From a virus: a stretch of DNA of 64,000 nt. Below the pieces are notes generated by a model. It ran no database searches and was not told where the DNA came from. It saw nothing but the letters and a program-made list of their open reading frames with translations. Shown piece by piece: positions 30,864-41,250 of this stretch (position 1 is the first letter of the stretch; each line of letters opens with the position of its first letter). Location: positions 1 through 64,000 of IMG/VR virus record IMGVR_UViG_3300002092_001237. One strand, given 5' to 3'. The position numbers and the translations under genes were made by a program.

Positions 30864-31645
30864 CTCATCTTCCTAAAGGTTAATATAGGAAAGTATTCGC
30901 AGAGTTCGTAATCACTGGTCTCATCGAACCCTACTTCTACAGCATAATCGGGTATTATGGCCTTCCATTGGTCTCGAGTAGGATAACTGGTTAGCATCTT
31001 GCCATTCTTATAACTATCGAAACTGCGATTGATGCTGTCTAGTTCCCAACCTGTTTCACTTGCCAATGCTTCACGATCTGGAAACAGTTCATTAAACACA
31101 TCTAGTTTGCGTTGGCTAGGAACGTTTACGCCGTAAGTTCCTGCGATGTACATATTGAGATAACAACGCCAAGCATCTAAACACATTGTTCGTGTAGCGG
31201 TAATAACATTACCCTTAGTAGGAGTATGGTTAGGACGAGTAAAAACTCTAAATGCTGCTACCCCACCGGGTTCTAGCCAATCTAAACAGCGTCTTAGTAG
31301 CAGGTTAGTTTCCTCGTGGAATCGTACCATATTGAGACTACCGTCACCTACGATAGCACTGTAGTGATTAGCATATAGATCTACATCAAACCAATCACTT
31401 CGTGTTACTTGCTTATGATCAGTATCGCCAGGCCAGAAACTGTCTATCATAGACTGTTCTCTATCTACAGCATGTATGATTGGAAACGCTGTGTGTAGTT
31501 CAGGTGTAACTCCTAATAGCAGTATACGCTCTGTTTTATCGCCGATCAGTTCTTGTTGTTTGCTAATGCTACCCTCATGCGGACGCATGGGTGCTGTTAT
31601 TTTAGACCAATGTTTAGTACGTTCCGCCCAATGTGAATCTGTCAC
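30860..31645 (-). CDS. Class I SAM-dependent methyltransferase-like protein
   Basis: 'ILLLGVTPE' (degenerate motif I), 'AVDRE..MI', 'SDW', 'IVGDGSLN', 'LEPGG'; GTG start with AGGTG RBS; TTAAATA box at 31670-31676. Confidence 0.7.
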   Translation of the reverse strand: MTDSHWAERTKHWSKITAPMRPHEGSISKQQELIGDKTERILLLGVTPELHTAFPIIHAVDREQSMIDSFWPGDTDHKQVTRSDWFDVDLYANHYSAIVGDGSLNMVRFHEETNLLLRRCLDWLEPGGVAAFRVFTRPNHTPTKGNVITATRTMCLDAWRCYLNMYIAGTYGVNVPSQRKLDVFNELFPDREALASETGWELDSINRSFDSYKNGKMLTSYPTRDQWKAIIPDYAVEVGFDETSDYELCEYFPILTFRKMR

Positions 31646-31693
31646 TCGTCACCTATGTTGTAATAGACATATTTAACTGCTGTGATTTTATGA

Positions 31694-32461
31694 TCAAGGA
31701 TTTGTGATTGCTGTTATGATCCAGAAGTCGCTGCTCATGCTGGTATTCTGTATCACTTGGTATGGCATGTAGAAGTAGCCGTTATCTCCCCAGCCAGTTC
31801 CCCAACTGTTACGAGCGATAAAACGATTAGTATTATCGTTATATCCAACCAGTGCTACAGCATGTCCGCCTAATAACTGTTCTGTAGCAGTATTAGGATA
31901 GGGCATCATGCCGGTATTGTTTGTGATAGGATATTCAAAACTCTCGTAAACGTCGAAACCTACCACTACTGGATAGCCCTGTGCTAGTGCTGTCTTGACT
32001 GCTGCGAAGTTAGCACATCGTTGATAAGCAGTTGCTTTTCTTTTTAGGGCATCGTTGTATGCTGCTGTGCTTGGTTTAGTCTTAAAGCGTGTTATTACAT
32101 AGGGCCATAAGTTTTCTAGAGGAGCACCTTTTTTATTAACCACTTTAATACCATCTCTGATATAAGCACCACTGTCGTCGTTAACAGTACCTTCCATCAG
32201 TCTTTCTTCATAGTATATGAATAAACGGCTAACGTCAAGTGGTTTTCCTTTTTTACGATCTAAGAGTTCGACTATACCAGCGATAGCATTACCAGTACAA
32301 GATCCAAGTTGTCCTTGGTCTTCGATCGGGCTACAGAAAGATCTCATGTCCACTGTCTTTGGCAGTGTAACTGGCGGAGCAGCGTAAATATGATCTCTGC
32401 TATCTGGTTTATCTCTGAGCCAATGATATCTGGGAATATTTAATCTTGTAGGTCTTGGCAT
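31694..32461 (-). CDS. Papain-like C1 family cysteine peptidase
   Basis: 'DQGQLGSCTGNA' (Gln/Cys), 'GGHAVALVGY' (His), 'RNSWG..WG..GYF' (Asn); AGGAG RBS. Confidence 0.92.
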   Translation of the reverse strand: MPRPTRLNIPRYHWLRDKPDSRDHIYAAPPVTLPKTVDMRSFCSPIEDQGQLGSCTGNAIAGIVELLDRKKGKPLDVSRLFIYYEERLMEGTVNDDSGAYIRDGIKVVNKKGAPLENLWPYVITRFKTKPSTAAYNDALKRKATAYQRCANFAAVKTALAQGYPVVVGFDVYESFEYPITNNTGMMPYPNTATEQLLGGHAVALVGYNDNTNRFIARNSWGTGWGDNGYFYMPYQVIQNTSMSSDFWIITAITNP

Positions 32462-32496
32462 CAGTTATTCTCCTGTAATTGTATAAACATAGTTTA

Positions 32497-34725
32497 TTAT
32501 GCCGGGAAATCAGTACTTAGAGAAATACCTTGATTGGTAATAGTATGAGCCTTAGCATCAACTGTTGGATTAAATTTACTTAAGAACAGTTTAGTATCTG
32601 CTTCAACATTGTAAGTGGTTGTAGCAGTAAATGATCCTGTATACTTGGCCGCGTTGCTGATTCTAACCATAGCCATCTTGCCATTAAACGGTGCGTTGTT
32701 TACTGGGCCAAGCCGACCTATATATAATGGATTTGTTGAGTCAGTGTAACTTGCCGATCCAAATGTTCCCTCGACCTTACTTTGTTCACTACCGTTGTAC
32801 CATACTTTCTGTGTACCTGAGTTATTAACAATGGCCACGTGTGTCCACACATTGGGAGTTGGTTCTGTGTACCTTACATCGTCATTACCATTAGAACCTG
32901 ATAAGAACACTAGTTTTCCAGCACTCAATGCTACAACTATACAATTGGCTTCACTCCAACCACCCTGATTCAACAATCCCCATATGCCACTAGATGGAGC
33001 CGCACCGGAAGCATCTGATGCTGTAGGAGCCTTGATCCAAAACTCTATAGTCCACGTTGTTCCTAAGTTCCAATCCGAACTAGCCTGAACAATTAGTCCT
33101 AGGTTAGATGTTTGAGAAAACTGTAGACTTTGAATACTTGGGAAGTCTGCGCTGGTACTAACTGCTCCTTGAACTGAAATAGGATGAGTACCGGTACTGT
33201 CAGTTAACGGATTATAACCTAACATCAATTTAGTATCTGCCTCAACTCCATAGGACGCCGACGGGTCAAAGTTTGCTAGATATTTGGCTATGTTGCTGAT
33301 TCTAATCATAGCCAGTTTGCCCCTGAACCCTTGGCTGTTTACTCCTGCTCTACGACCAATGTTTAGATCTGCTGAGCCGTCAGTTAAATTGCTCTCTGCA
33401 CTAAATGATGTTCGATTTATTCCGTTATAGTACAAAGTAATGTTGCTACTGCCGGATTCACGCACAAACGCCACATGAGTCCATATTGCCGGAGTAGGTT
33501 CGGCGAATGATGGCTGGGTGTTATTAAACAATAAATTGCCGTAACAATAGCCTAGATCAATTTGGCCACCAGCATAACCTTGCGACATTACAGTTCGTAT
33601 GTTGCTAGTACTGGCATTGGTTTCCTTGCTCCAGAACTCAATAGTATATGTTGATCCTAAGTTCCAATCACTTTGAGTATTAGATACTAGTAAATAAGGA
33701 TCGCCTGTTAGTGGGAAACTTAGACTCAGTGGTGGAAGATATTTTCCTTTTGTACTAGTGTAGTTTGATCCAATAAGTGTAGTGTCGATAACTAAATCGG
33801 CAAATTTACCTTGATATCTAGCACTGGATCCCATATTCGTACTTTCAACAAGTCCAATGCCCCAGTATGAGTAACCTGTATCGCTGATTGTCTTGGTGAT
33901 ACTACCTTGTGTCACTGCTGTTTCATTGTTTAGACTCATGCTAAACGTGCTAGTTACGTTGTCAAAATAGAAGTAGACGTGATTCCAAGCATTTAAGGTC
34001 ACGGTTCCTGTGGATGTAACAGCACCGCTCTGCCCCCACGTTCTGCCTTTTAGATAGTTAGAACTGTTGATCTCTAACATAGAATAATGAAACCCGCTAT
34101 TTTCGAGGGTCTGTCCTAGTTCGACCATTATGACTTTATCGTTGGCTGTGGGATAGAACCACAGGTTAAAACAGATAGTTGCTGTGGTACCCCACGCTTC
34201 TGATAGAACATACTGTGTGCCAGTAAGAGTATGTAGTGATCCGCTGGTTTCATCTGGATATGTGTATGCTCCGTAGGTAGGTGATGTGGCATTGGTTGTA
34301 GCCCAAGGCCGTGTTTGGGCGTTGATTATCAACGAACCACCTATGGCAAAACTAGTGTCATTGATAGTAACTGAACTGCTGGTTGCTAGTATAGTGCCAC
34401 TGATGCTAACTGAACGCAGGGCAACGGTAAATGTCTCTACTCCTTCAGTAGTAGCGTCAGCAGTGGGAGTTACTCCAAATACTCCTAGAGTTGAGCCCGA
34501 CGTGCCTGTAACGTTAACTGTTCCACTTGTTGTGGTAAAATCGCCTGCGTTGGTTTCTATAGTCCAGTAATAGGTACCATCTGGAATATTAGTTCCGCCT
34601 ACTAAAAAGTTCAAACCGCTACCTTCATTGACACTTTCAGGACCACCGCTGAAAAACGGTGTCAGTGTATAAGTTGGCATCGCGGTGCCCTGTATCGATC
34701 CTATAACCGCTGCTAGTATGCTCAT
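32497..34725 (-). CDS. Virion protein with a Calx-beta-like N-domain and three LamG/ConA-like domains
   Basis: 'VNEG...ADATTEGVETFTVAL'; LamG motifs 'TIEFW','WTHVA','GKxAMxRISN' repeated. Confidence 0.8.
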   Translation of the reverse strand: MSILAAVIGSIQGTAMPTYTLTPFFSGGPESVNEGSGLNFLVGGTNIPDGTYYWTIETNAGDFTTTSGTVNVTGTSGSTLGVFGVTPTADATTEGVETFTVALRSVSISGTILATSSSVTINDTSFAIGGSLIINAQTRPWATTNATSPTYGAYTYPDETSGSLHTLTGTQYVLSEAWGTTATICFNLWFYPTANDKVIMVELGQTLENSGFHYSMLEINSSNYLKGRTWGQSGAVTSTGTVTLNAWNHVYFYFDNVTSTFSMSLNNETAVTQGSITKTISDTGYSYWGIGLVESTNMGSSARYQGKFADLVIDTTLIGSNYTSTKGKYLPPLSLSFPLTGDPYLLVSNTQSDWNLGSTYTIEFWSKETNASTSNIRTVMSQGYAGGQIDLGYCYGNLLFNNTQPSFAEPTPAIWTHVAFVRESGSSNITLYYNGINRTSFSAESNLTDGSADLNIGRRAGVNSQGFRGKLAMIRISNIAKYLANFDPSASYGVEADTKLMLGYNPLTDSTGTHPISVQGAVSTSADFPSIQSLQFSQTSNLGLIVQASSDWNLGTTWTIEFWIKAPTASDASGAAPSSGIWGLLNQGGWSEANCIVVALSAGKLVFLSGSNGNDDVRYTEPTPNVWTHVAIVNNSGTQKVWYNGSEQSKVEGTFGSASYTDSTNPLYIGRLGPVNNAPFNGKMAMVRISNAAKYTGSFTATTTYNVEADTKLFLSKFNPTVDAKAHTITNQGISLSTDFPA

Positions 34726-34726
34726 A

Positions 34727-37700
34727 TTATGGACTCCACCATCCTGTTGTGATACCTGGTCCCGCTATCATCCAACGACTGTTTGCTATCTTAACCAGTG
34801 TAACCATTGAATAAGATGGAATATTCCAACTGGCAGCATTTACACCGTCGAATCCGGAACCGTAGATATCGTCATCGTTGTCCCATGAATATACTCCAGT
34901 ATCGTTGCCTGCTGTTATGATAGTAAAAGCAAATCCCACGGGTATCTCAAGTCGATTACTGTCCGGGATAATAACACCGGCATTTTGCCATAACATGTAG
35001 AGATGTTTACCGTTATCTTCTAGGCGCAACCAATAATCATAGCCGTTAGTACCGTCAGTGTTAACCTGACTCATCTTAACCTGCGGTAATCCCTGACCGG
35101 TAGTAGTCTGTTCAGTCCCATCCTCGAACACGATCTTGTTTACACCACGTATGTCACCACCACCTGGTTCGTATATGGTCTGTACTTCGTGTGGTCTGTA
35201 ACCATATATTGTAACGTTTCTCCAAGCATTGCCGTCGACGTATGGTTCGCTATTAAACACATGTGATCTAGATTTTAGTGTGATCGGAGTGACCAGTTTC
35301 GCTCCGGGTCCGCCACCATTTCCGTTATCGTTTTCAGCGTATCGATAATGATCTACTTCAACCACTTCGTAGAAGAAGTCGCCGTAACTGCCTATACCGG
35401 TCCCATCGATCGGTAAGTCTATTATTATACCTTGATCGGCATTACCACCCGGATTGCTTGAATATCCTCCGATACTAAATCTATCTCCTTTGATAGATAG
35501 TTTATCGCTGATATTATCATTATAGCATGTACTTATTCCTTTGTTACTCCATAGTAATCTGCTAAACAATAGATTACCGTCTATGTCGAACTTGAAGATG
35601 TACATGTTATCATTATTATTGCGATAATTATTATTCAAGTCAATACTATTCTTGCCTCGACCTGCTACTATTATATCATTATTATCTGTAATTCCGATAG
35701 ACCAAATGTTAGTTGAAGAACCCATAATAATATAAGTCTGCCATATAAACTCACCACTTGGGCTTAGTTTAGTAACGTATAGATTTTCTCTATTACCATT
35801 ACACATCGCTGAGTAGATGTTGTCGTCGCTATCAGTATCGACTGACCATACGGTGCTGGCACCTTCGCTGCCGTCGATGCTAACAGTCCATAAGTTTACA
35901 CCAGCATTGTTATGTTTGCTGATAAAACCAGTCTGGTCGTCGTTGTGTAAATATGTAGTACCAGCATTTAATCCAGTATCTGAGGAATAACCACTGATTA
36001 TGACATTGTCGTTGCTATCGATCGTCATACCATATACGGTGTCATAACTATTAGTTACACCAGCGCCGAACGATAAATCCCAGTTTGGTGTCCAGATAAA
36101 TCCGTCGTTGTTCAGTTCGTGGTAAACGTTATAAGTACCAACCTGTGTATAGTCAGTGCTACTATTCTCGTGTAATTTGATTCTTACACCCTGTGCTGTA
36201 CCGCTGACTGTAAATGTGCTGACTTGTCCATTACCAACTCCGATATTGTTAATAGTAGCAACAGTTATAGTCAAGTCGTGTGTAACGGCAGTTCCGCCTA
36301 GATCGCTACCTAATATTTTGAATGTATCACCTGCTCCGTAGTATGTACCGTTTGAAGTCTTATTGAAAGTATAAGTGTTAGTAGTTGGATCTATCTTGAC
36401 CCAACCATCCAATCCAGTACCTGCCAATGCTACGCTTGATACGTTAGTAGGTGTGCTATCGGCTACTGGTGTGATTACTGAGTAACTACCGTTTAATGCT
36501 GTGATAGCACCCGCAAGACCGATCGTATTGACATACACATATACATCGTTATCTGTACTGCTACCACTGATATTAGCATATGGAATCTTGATACGTTGCC
36601 CTGCTTTATATCCTGTGCCTGCTTGATTGATCGCTACGTTAGTTAGACCACTGCTGAATGTTAGATTGAATGTAGCACCAGAACCTAATGTACCTGTATA
36701 AGTTACACCAGTAGCAAGTGATTCAGCATACCCGTAGCGGTTAACCTGTGTAATCGCCGAACTACCAATATACCAAGTACCGTCTTCGCTTGGATATTCA
36801 AGACTGTACGTAGAATCATTTCTGTCAAACTTGTTTTTTAATATGACTAGTGTACCGTCATCGTTGCTACCAGTAAGCCCAGCAGCACCTACGGTCACAT
36901 TGGCGAACTTATCTGATGCGCTACTGATATAACCAGCGACTACTGGAGTACCATTACTCATCAATCTAACTATAGTAGGATACATATCATTGTCATTAAC
37001 ATCTGGCGTAATATGTGTGAGATCTTCTTTCATGCTGCCGGTATCGGCATCCATATACGCTAATATAAATCCTTCGTGGCCGGCACCATCTCTGGATACT
37101 GAAATTACAGTGTTGTTTGTTTGATCGTATACGATTGAAAACGCCTCGGTATCGTTATTGATAGCGAGCCCTGCTTGCCATAATAACTTACCTTCGCTAT
37201 CAGTCTTGAATACCGTAGCATGATTACCCTCATGACCGTCGTAACCAAAATAACTGTACTGACCACCTGCGGCAAATGTATTGCCTTTTTCATCACGTTC
37301 GGTAGCATACAACCATACGTCGTCGTTGGTATTGCCACCTTCGGACCCGTCGAATCCACCGATAGCAGTGATATAGCCTTTCTTAGCACGGGATATTTCT
37401 AACGTACCATTCTCTGGTAGCATTAGAGTAGAACCTTCTAGTGTCATAGTCTTAACACGGCTACGACTTACATAACTCAATGCTGTAGTATCAGTATTGA
37501 GTGTGAAGGACACGTCACCGTTAGTAACGTCAATATCTGCTGTGTTTTCTGTTAAGTCGTTGAGATAATAATTATCAATATCTACGACCAGTGCTATGTC
37601 TACTAGATACGGAAACGCTTCATAACTAGTGAAATGCCATCCGTCTACGTTGAATTCTGTACCATCACGATTGACCTGTGCTATGATCGGATAATCGTAT

Positions 37701-39142
37701 CCAGTTGTCGATAATAGGGAACCGTACACAGTATTCATAAGTTGTACGCCACCGATCAACACATAGTCCCCTCGAACCGCAATGCTCTGGCCAAATAACC
37801 CATGAATCGTTTCACCGAACACATTGTTATTGTTGTTATTTTGTGCTATTACAGTATTTCCTTGTTCACGACCGAGGTTTCTCGACCATAATCTGCTGCC
37901 TGTAGTATTGAATTTAGTGACGTTGATCGTCCATCGGGCATACGAACCTGCTTCTGGGTTTACCTGTTTAAAGTCTGTGAGGATAGTGTGGACATAGACA
38001 TTGTTTTCGTCGTCGCATATCAGACTGGCTGAACCATTCAGGAAGAATGGGTAATTAAGTACCTTCCCCCATAGGATCTTACCATCGGTCCCATTTACCT
38101 TATGTACACCGGCAACTAGCCAATCGGTACAATAAATCCCAGTCAGATTGAAGTAGAAATCGTCGTTGCTGTCTACGCACATATCTGCGCTCATAAATTC
38201 GCCTTCTATCCAAGAATTGGTATCATCAGAAGTCGCAGCGATGATTTTAGTCTGCCACAGGATCGAACCGTCGGCACCGGATAGTTTAAACACAGGCAGA
38301 TATGCTTCTTCACCGCCATAGGTCATTCCAACGATACCGATGTTGCCTTGGCTATCTACTGCCAATCCAGAGGCTGCGTCGTACATAGTTTCTTGATCAT
38401 ATTGCTTCTGCCATATCGGATTACCGCTAGCACCGCTAAACTTACCGACCCAGAAGTCGTATTGTGAGCCAGTTGCTGTATTACCTGCTATGATGATATC
38501 GTTGCTTGTTGGATCGATGTCTACGCAGATAGCCACATCGTCGCTGGTTGGATCTGTATCAGCGAGATATTTCTGCCATATGATGGTGCCATCTTCACCG
38601 CTTACTTTTACCAATAGTGTATCGGCACTGCTGGGATCAAATTCACCCATAACGAACACTACGTCGTCGTTCTTATCTACAGCCATAGCAAACCCGAAAG
38701 CATAATATTCATAGTAGTAGTTGTGGAACAACACCTGACCGTTCGGATCGGTCTTAATCAAGAACATGCCAGGAGCACCACCTACAGTATCATATACACC
38801 TGTAGCGAAAACATTACCTTCGCTGTCGTAGGCTACTGAAGTTATATAACCATCAGATGGATTATCAACCCCTCCGTTGTTAGTATGTACAGTCATAACC
38901 CAATTGGTCTGATCGCCCATACCTGAACTGATGCTAACTGATCCATTACCGTGTATATCGGAACCTGTAACCTTGAGATCGCCAGTGACAGCATATTTCA
39001 AGTCTTTCCATCTAGTGACACCGTCACCGAGTTTCATAGCGCGAGTATCTGTTTCAAAACCCGTTTCGCCCTGTGCGAGGATTGGATTTGAAGTATTCCA
39101 ATTCGCTGCTGTATCTCTTCTTAGTTTGATTCTAGTCGCCAT
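34727..39142 (-). CDS. Tail fibre/adhesin: Mtd-type N-terminal domain plus beta-propeller repeats (1471 aa)
   Basis: 'IKLRRDTAANW...NPILAQGETGFETDT..MKLGDGVT.W..L.Y'; many 'xDSxGNxxxxG...KxxxxGxxxW' blades. Confidence 0.82.
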   Translation of the reverse strand: MATRIKLRRDTAANWNTSNPILAQGETGFETDTRAMKLGDGVTRWKDLKYAVTGDLKVTGSDIHGNGSVSISSGMGDQTNWVMTVHTNNGGVDNPSDGYITSVAYDSEGNVFATGVYDTVGGAPGMFLIKTDPNGQVLFHNYYYEYYAFGFAMAVDKNDDVVFVMGEFDPSSADTLLVKVSGEDGTIIWQKYLADTDPTSDDVAICVDIDPTSNDIIIAGNTATGSQYDFWVGKFSGASGNPIWQKQYDQETMYDAASGLAVDSQGNIGIVGMTYGGEEAYLPVFKLSGADGSILWQTKIIAATSDDTNSWIEGEFMSADMCVDSNDDFYFNLTGIYCTDWLVAGVHKVNGTDGKILWGKVLNYPFFLNGSASLICDDENNVYVHTILTDFKQVNPEAGSYARWTINVTKFNTTGSRLWSRNLGREQGNTVIAQNNNNNNVFGETIHGLFGQSIAVRGDYVLIGGVQLMNTVYGSLLSTTGYDYPIIAQVNRDGTEFNVDGWHFTSYEAFPYLVDIALVVDIDNYYLNDLTENTADIDVTNGDVSFTLNTDTTALSYVSRSRVKTMTLEGSTLMLPENGTLEISRAKKGYITAIGGFDGSEGGNTNDDVWLYATERDEKGNTFAAGGQYSYFGYDGHEGNHATVFKTDSEGKLLWQAGLAINNDTEAFSIVYDQTNNTVISVSRDGAGHEGFILAYMDADTGSMKEDLTHITPDVNDNDMYPTIVRLMSNGTPVVAGYISSASDKFANVTVGAAGLTGSNDDGTLVILKNKFDRNDSTYSLEYPSEDGTWYIGSSAITQVNRYGYAESLATGVTYTGTLGSGATFNLTFSSGLTNVAINQAGTGYKAGQRIKIPYANISGSSTDNDVYVYVNTIGLAGAITALNGSYSVITPVADSTPTNVSSVALAGTGLDGWVKIDPTTNTYTFNKTSNGTYYGAGDTFKILGSDLGGTAVTHDLTITVATINNIGVGNGQVSTFTVSGTAQGVRIKLHENSSTDYTQVGTYNVYHELNNDGFIWTPNWDLSFGAGVTNSYDTVYGMTIDSNDNVIISGYSSDTGLNAGTTYLHNDDQTGFISKHNNAGVNLWTVSIDGSEGASTVWSVDTDSDDNIYSAMCNGNRENLYVTKLSPSGEFIWQTYIIMGSSTNIWSIGITDNNDIIVAGRGKNSIDLNNNYRNNNDNMYIFKFDIDGNLLFSRLLWSNKGISTCYNDNISDKLSIKGDRFSIGGYSSNPGGNADQGIIIDLPIDGTGIGSYGDFFYEVVEVDHYRYAENDNGNGGGPGAKLVTPITLKSRSHVFNSEPYVDGNAWRNVTIYGYRPHEVQTIYEPGGGDIRGVNKIVFEDGTEQTTTGQGLPQVKMSQVNTDGTNGYDYWLRLEDNGKHLYMLWQNAGVIIPDSNRLEIPVGFAFTIITAGNDTGVYSWDNDDDIYGSGFDGVNAASWNIPSYSMVTLVKIANSRWMIAGPGITTGWWSP

Positions 39143-39366
39143 TATGTTGCTCCGATAACGTTGTTGATGCCACCATCTAGGGTATTGTCTGAATATGAAT
39201 TATAGGTTGACGAAGCATATGCTCCATCGTAAACTGGATCTGCTTTACCTGTTAGTATAGCATATGTGCCATTCCAACGATCGCCCATCCATATATAAGT
39301 GACACCGTTATGTGCTACGAATTCATCACCAGTATGTGGGTTGGTTGGAAATGTTATTGCTGTCAT
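39142..39366 (-). CDS. Small virion-associated protein
   Basis: 'FPTNP..GDEF...NGVTY.W.G.RW' motif shared with the N-terminus of 39384..40772; LDGG motif. Confidence 0.7.
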   Translation of the reverse strand: MTAITFPTNPHTGDEFVAHNGVTYIWMGDRWNGTYAILTGKADPVYDGAYASSTYNSYSDNTLDGGINNVIGAT

Positions 39367-39371
39367 GCTCT

Positions 39372-39379
39372 TATTTATT
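39372..39379 (-). promoter_or_regulatory. Late promoter box AATAAATA in leaderless geometry
   Basis: AATAAATA-AGAGC-ATG(39366). Confidence 0.65.
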
Positions 39380-39383
39380 CACC

Positions 39384-40772
39384 TTATACTGTTAGCCAAG
39401 TGCTGGCCACACCACCATCTATCTCATAAATCGCTGTGCGTCCGTCTACTTCTAACCCTTGGTTAGTTAGACTAAGTGCTTTTCCACCCATATAGATCGT
39501 ATGTGAATCAACATAGAGATGTTTCCACTGCTTAGTAGGACTTCCTAAATTATAAGTTAAATCTTCATCGGGCACTAAATCGCCGCCAATCTTAACAGCA
39601 GATTCGACATAGTCTGTGCTACTGATAGTCTGTCCTTCGATCACTAGTCCGTCTAGATATGCGCTGACAGGTGCTACTACTGGGGGATTAGCATCAACCC
39701 ATTGGTGATTGTATCTGATATAAGCACGACCGTCTTCTGTGTTGAACCATAGTAGTCCATTGTGATCATGTGAGGGTGCTGTATCTGTAGTTGGCACATA
39801 GACTAGACTATTACCTTCGAGATCGATAATGTCACCGGGAGGTAACTCTGTCGTTCCCCCGCTGCCAAGGCCTTGGGTAAATCGCTCAGTGAATAAGTTG
39901 CCGTCAGTATTAACACCCCAGGTACCGAAAGTTGCGCTAGTAGCACCATCGGTGTTGGCTACAATAACACTAAGATATACGCCCTCTTGATCGACCCCAG
40001 CGGCATTTCCGATAGTATCACCGGCATTTAAATTATCAAAACTTGGAGAATCGAGATCAAATATAGCGGGATTAACCCACGCTATATCAGTATACAGGTC
40101 ACTCTCGATTGAAACGCTGCTACTAGGTTGTGAACGTATGGTTCCATATTCTGGCAGTGTTAAGATACCATCAGTGCCAAAGTTCCAGACATTAGTAGTT
40201 CCATGGTAAAAATAATCGCCTGTCACTATGCCTACATCACCGGCACCAACATACAAGGGATTATTAGCAGTTACAGCGGCAATCTTTGTAGGTTCAGTGA
40301 TACTGTCGACCCATCCTATGCTACTGCCAACCTCATAGCCGTCGCCAACTCCGCTTGCTAACATTGAGATATTTTTCCCAGCGGCGGCCATTATTGCAGG
40401 GGCGCCATACGTGTCGCTGCCAATAGTTAAATCACCGTTAGGGAATGTTAGATTACCATCTGTGCCAAAGGTCCAACCGTGAAGATCAGAACCACTGTAT
40501 GTATAGATTGCAATATCTTTATCAACAGCACCGTCTATAATAAATCCTCCCGGATCACTATAACCAAGTAGAGTACCTTGCGGGAATGTTATATTACCAT
40601 CTGTATCGATTATGAGACTTTTATCACCAGCAGTTATTCTATCGTTTAATGTGTTTACACTGTTCTCACCGATCCATTTAACACCGTCATAGTAATAAGT
40701 AACACCGTTTGGTGCTACATAGATATTACCTACTGCTGCCGGATCATCTGGAAAATCTAAAATAACACTCAT
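39384..40772 (-). CDS. Tail-fibre-like structural protein
   Basis: Repeated 'WxFGTDGxLTxP' units; 'YNLGSPTKQWKHLY'; IDGG motif; AAGGAG RBS. Confidence 0.72.
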   Translation of the reverse strand: MSVILDFPDDPAAVGNIYVAPNGVTYYYDGVKWIGENSVNTLNDRITAGDKSLIIDTDGNITFPQGTLLGYSDPGGFIIDGAVDKDIAIYTYSGSDLHGWTFGTDGNLTFPNGDLTIGSDTYGAPAIMAAAGKNISMLASGVGDGYEVGSSIGWVDSITEPTKIAAVTANNPLYVGAGDVGIVTGDYFYHGTTNVWNFGTDGILTLPEYGTIRSQPSSSVSIESDLYTDIAWVNPAIFDLDSPSFDNLNAGDTIGNAAGVDQEGVYLSVIVANTDGATSATFGTWGVNTDGNLFTERFTQGLGSGGTTELPPGDIIDLEGNSLVYVPTTDTAPSHDHNGLLWFNTEDGRAYIRYNHQWVDANPPVVAPVSAYLDGLVIEGQTISSTDYVESAVKIGGDLVPDEDLTYNLGSPTKQWKHLYVDSHTIYMGGKALSLTNQGLEVDGRTAIYEIDGGVASTWLTV

Positions 40773-40787
40773 TAATCGCTCCTTGAA

Positions 40788-41204
40788 TCAATGATTCAAT
40801 AATATCCTGTTTACAGTTCCGTGTGTCCAATCTTCCAACACGATGCGAACCCAGGTAAAATTACCTGCGAAGTTGTACATTCTGGCACTGGTCGTGAATG
40901 TAGTATACGCTATCTGCTTGATAACGGACGGATTGTTTGAAACTAATCCCGTAGTATCGATACTGAAATTGTTCTCACCTAATAGATTAACATCGAACCA
41001 GTCCAATGACTGTGGATTGGTGGCTAATGTGCCCTGTATCCGTATCGTACCAACGAATGTGGTTAATTCGATTTCTATCGTATGTGCTGCGTGGCCGAAC
41101 CCATAGTATCCGGCGCCCTTTGCTTTATCGCCTGTTAGCGATGTAGCAGTACTATCATTTGGATGTGAAGTAGAATTTAATAATATTTCGCTATTTGCTG
41201 CCAT
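40788..41204 (-). CDS. Small beta-sandwich virion-type protein
   Basis: 'FVGTIRIQGTLA.NP...DWFDV','NFAGNFTWVR'. Confidence 0.65.
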   Translation of the reverse strand: MAANSEILLNSTSHPNDSTATSLTGDKAKGAGYYGFGHAAHTIEIELTTFVGTIRIQGTLATNPQSLDWFDVNLLGENNFSIDTTGLVSNNPSVIKQIAYTTFTTSARMYNFAGNFTWVRIVLEDWTHGTVNRILLNH

Positions 41205-41211
41205 GATTTCA

Positions 41212-41242
41212 ATGTCCTATCGTATTTATTACAATAGGACAT
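41212..41242 (-). promoter_or_regulatory. Late promoter (ATAAATA, 41223-41229) inside a 13-bp RBS-sequestering hairpin
   Basis: ATGTCCTAT-TGTA-ATAAA-TACG-ATAGGACAT; AGGA SD in the 3' arm. Confidence 0.7.
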
Positions 41243-41250
41243 CTAATGGA

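Noticed and set aside
34727-39142. Mtd-like N-terminus suggesting a diversity-generating retroelement target
   Set aside because: Only the generic N-terminal anchoring domain matches. No reverse transcriptase, C-type-lectin variable region or TR/VR pair differing at adenines was seen in the window.
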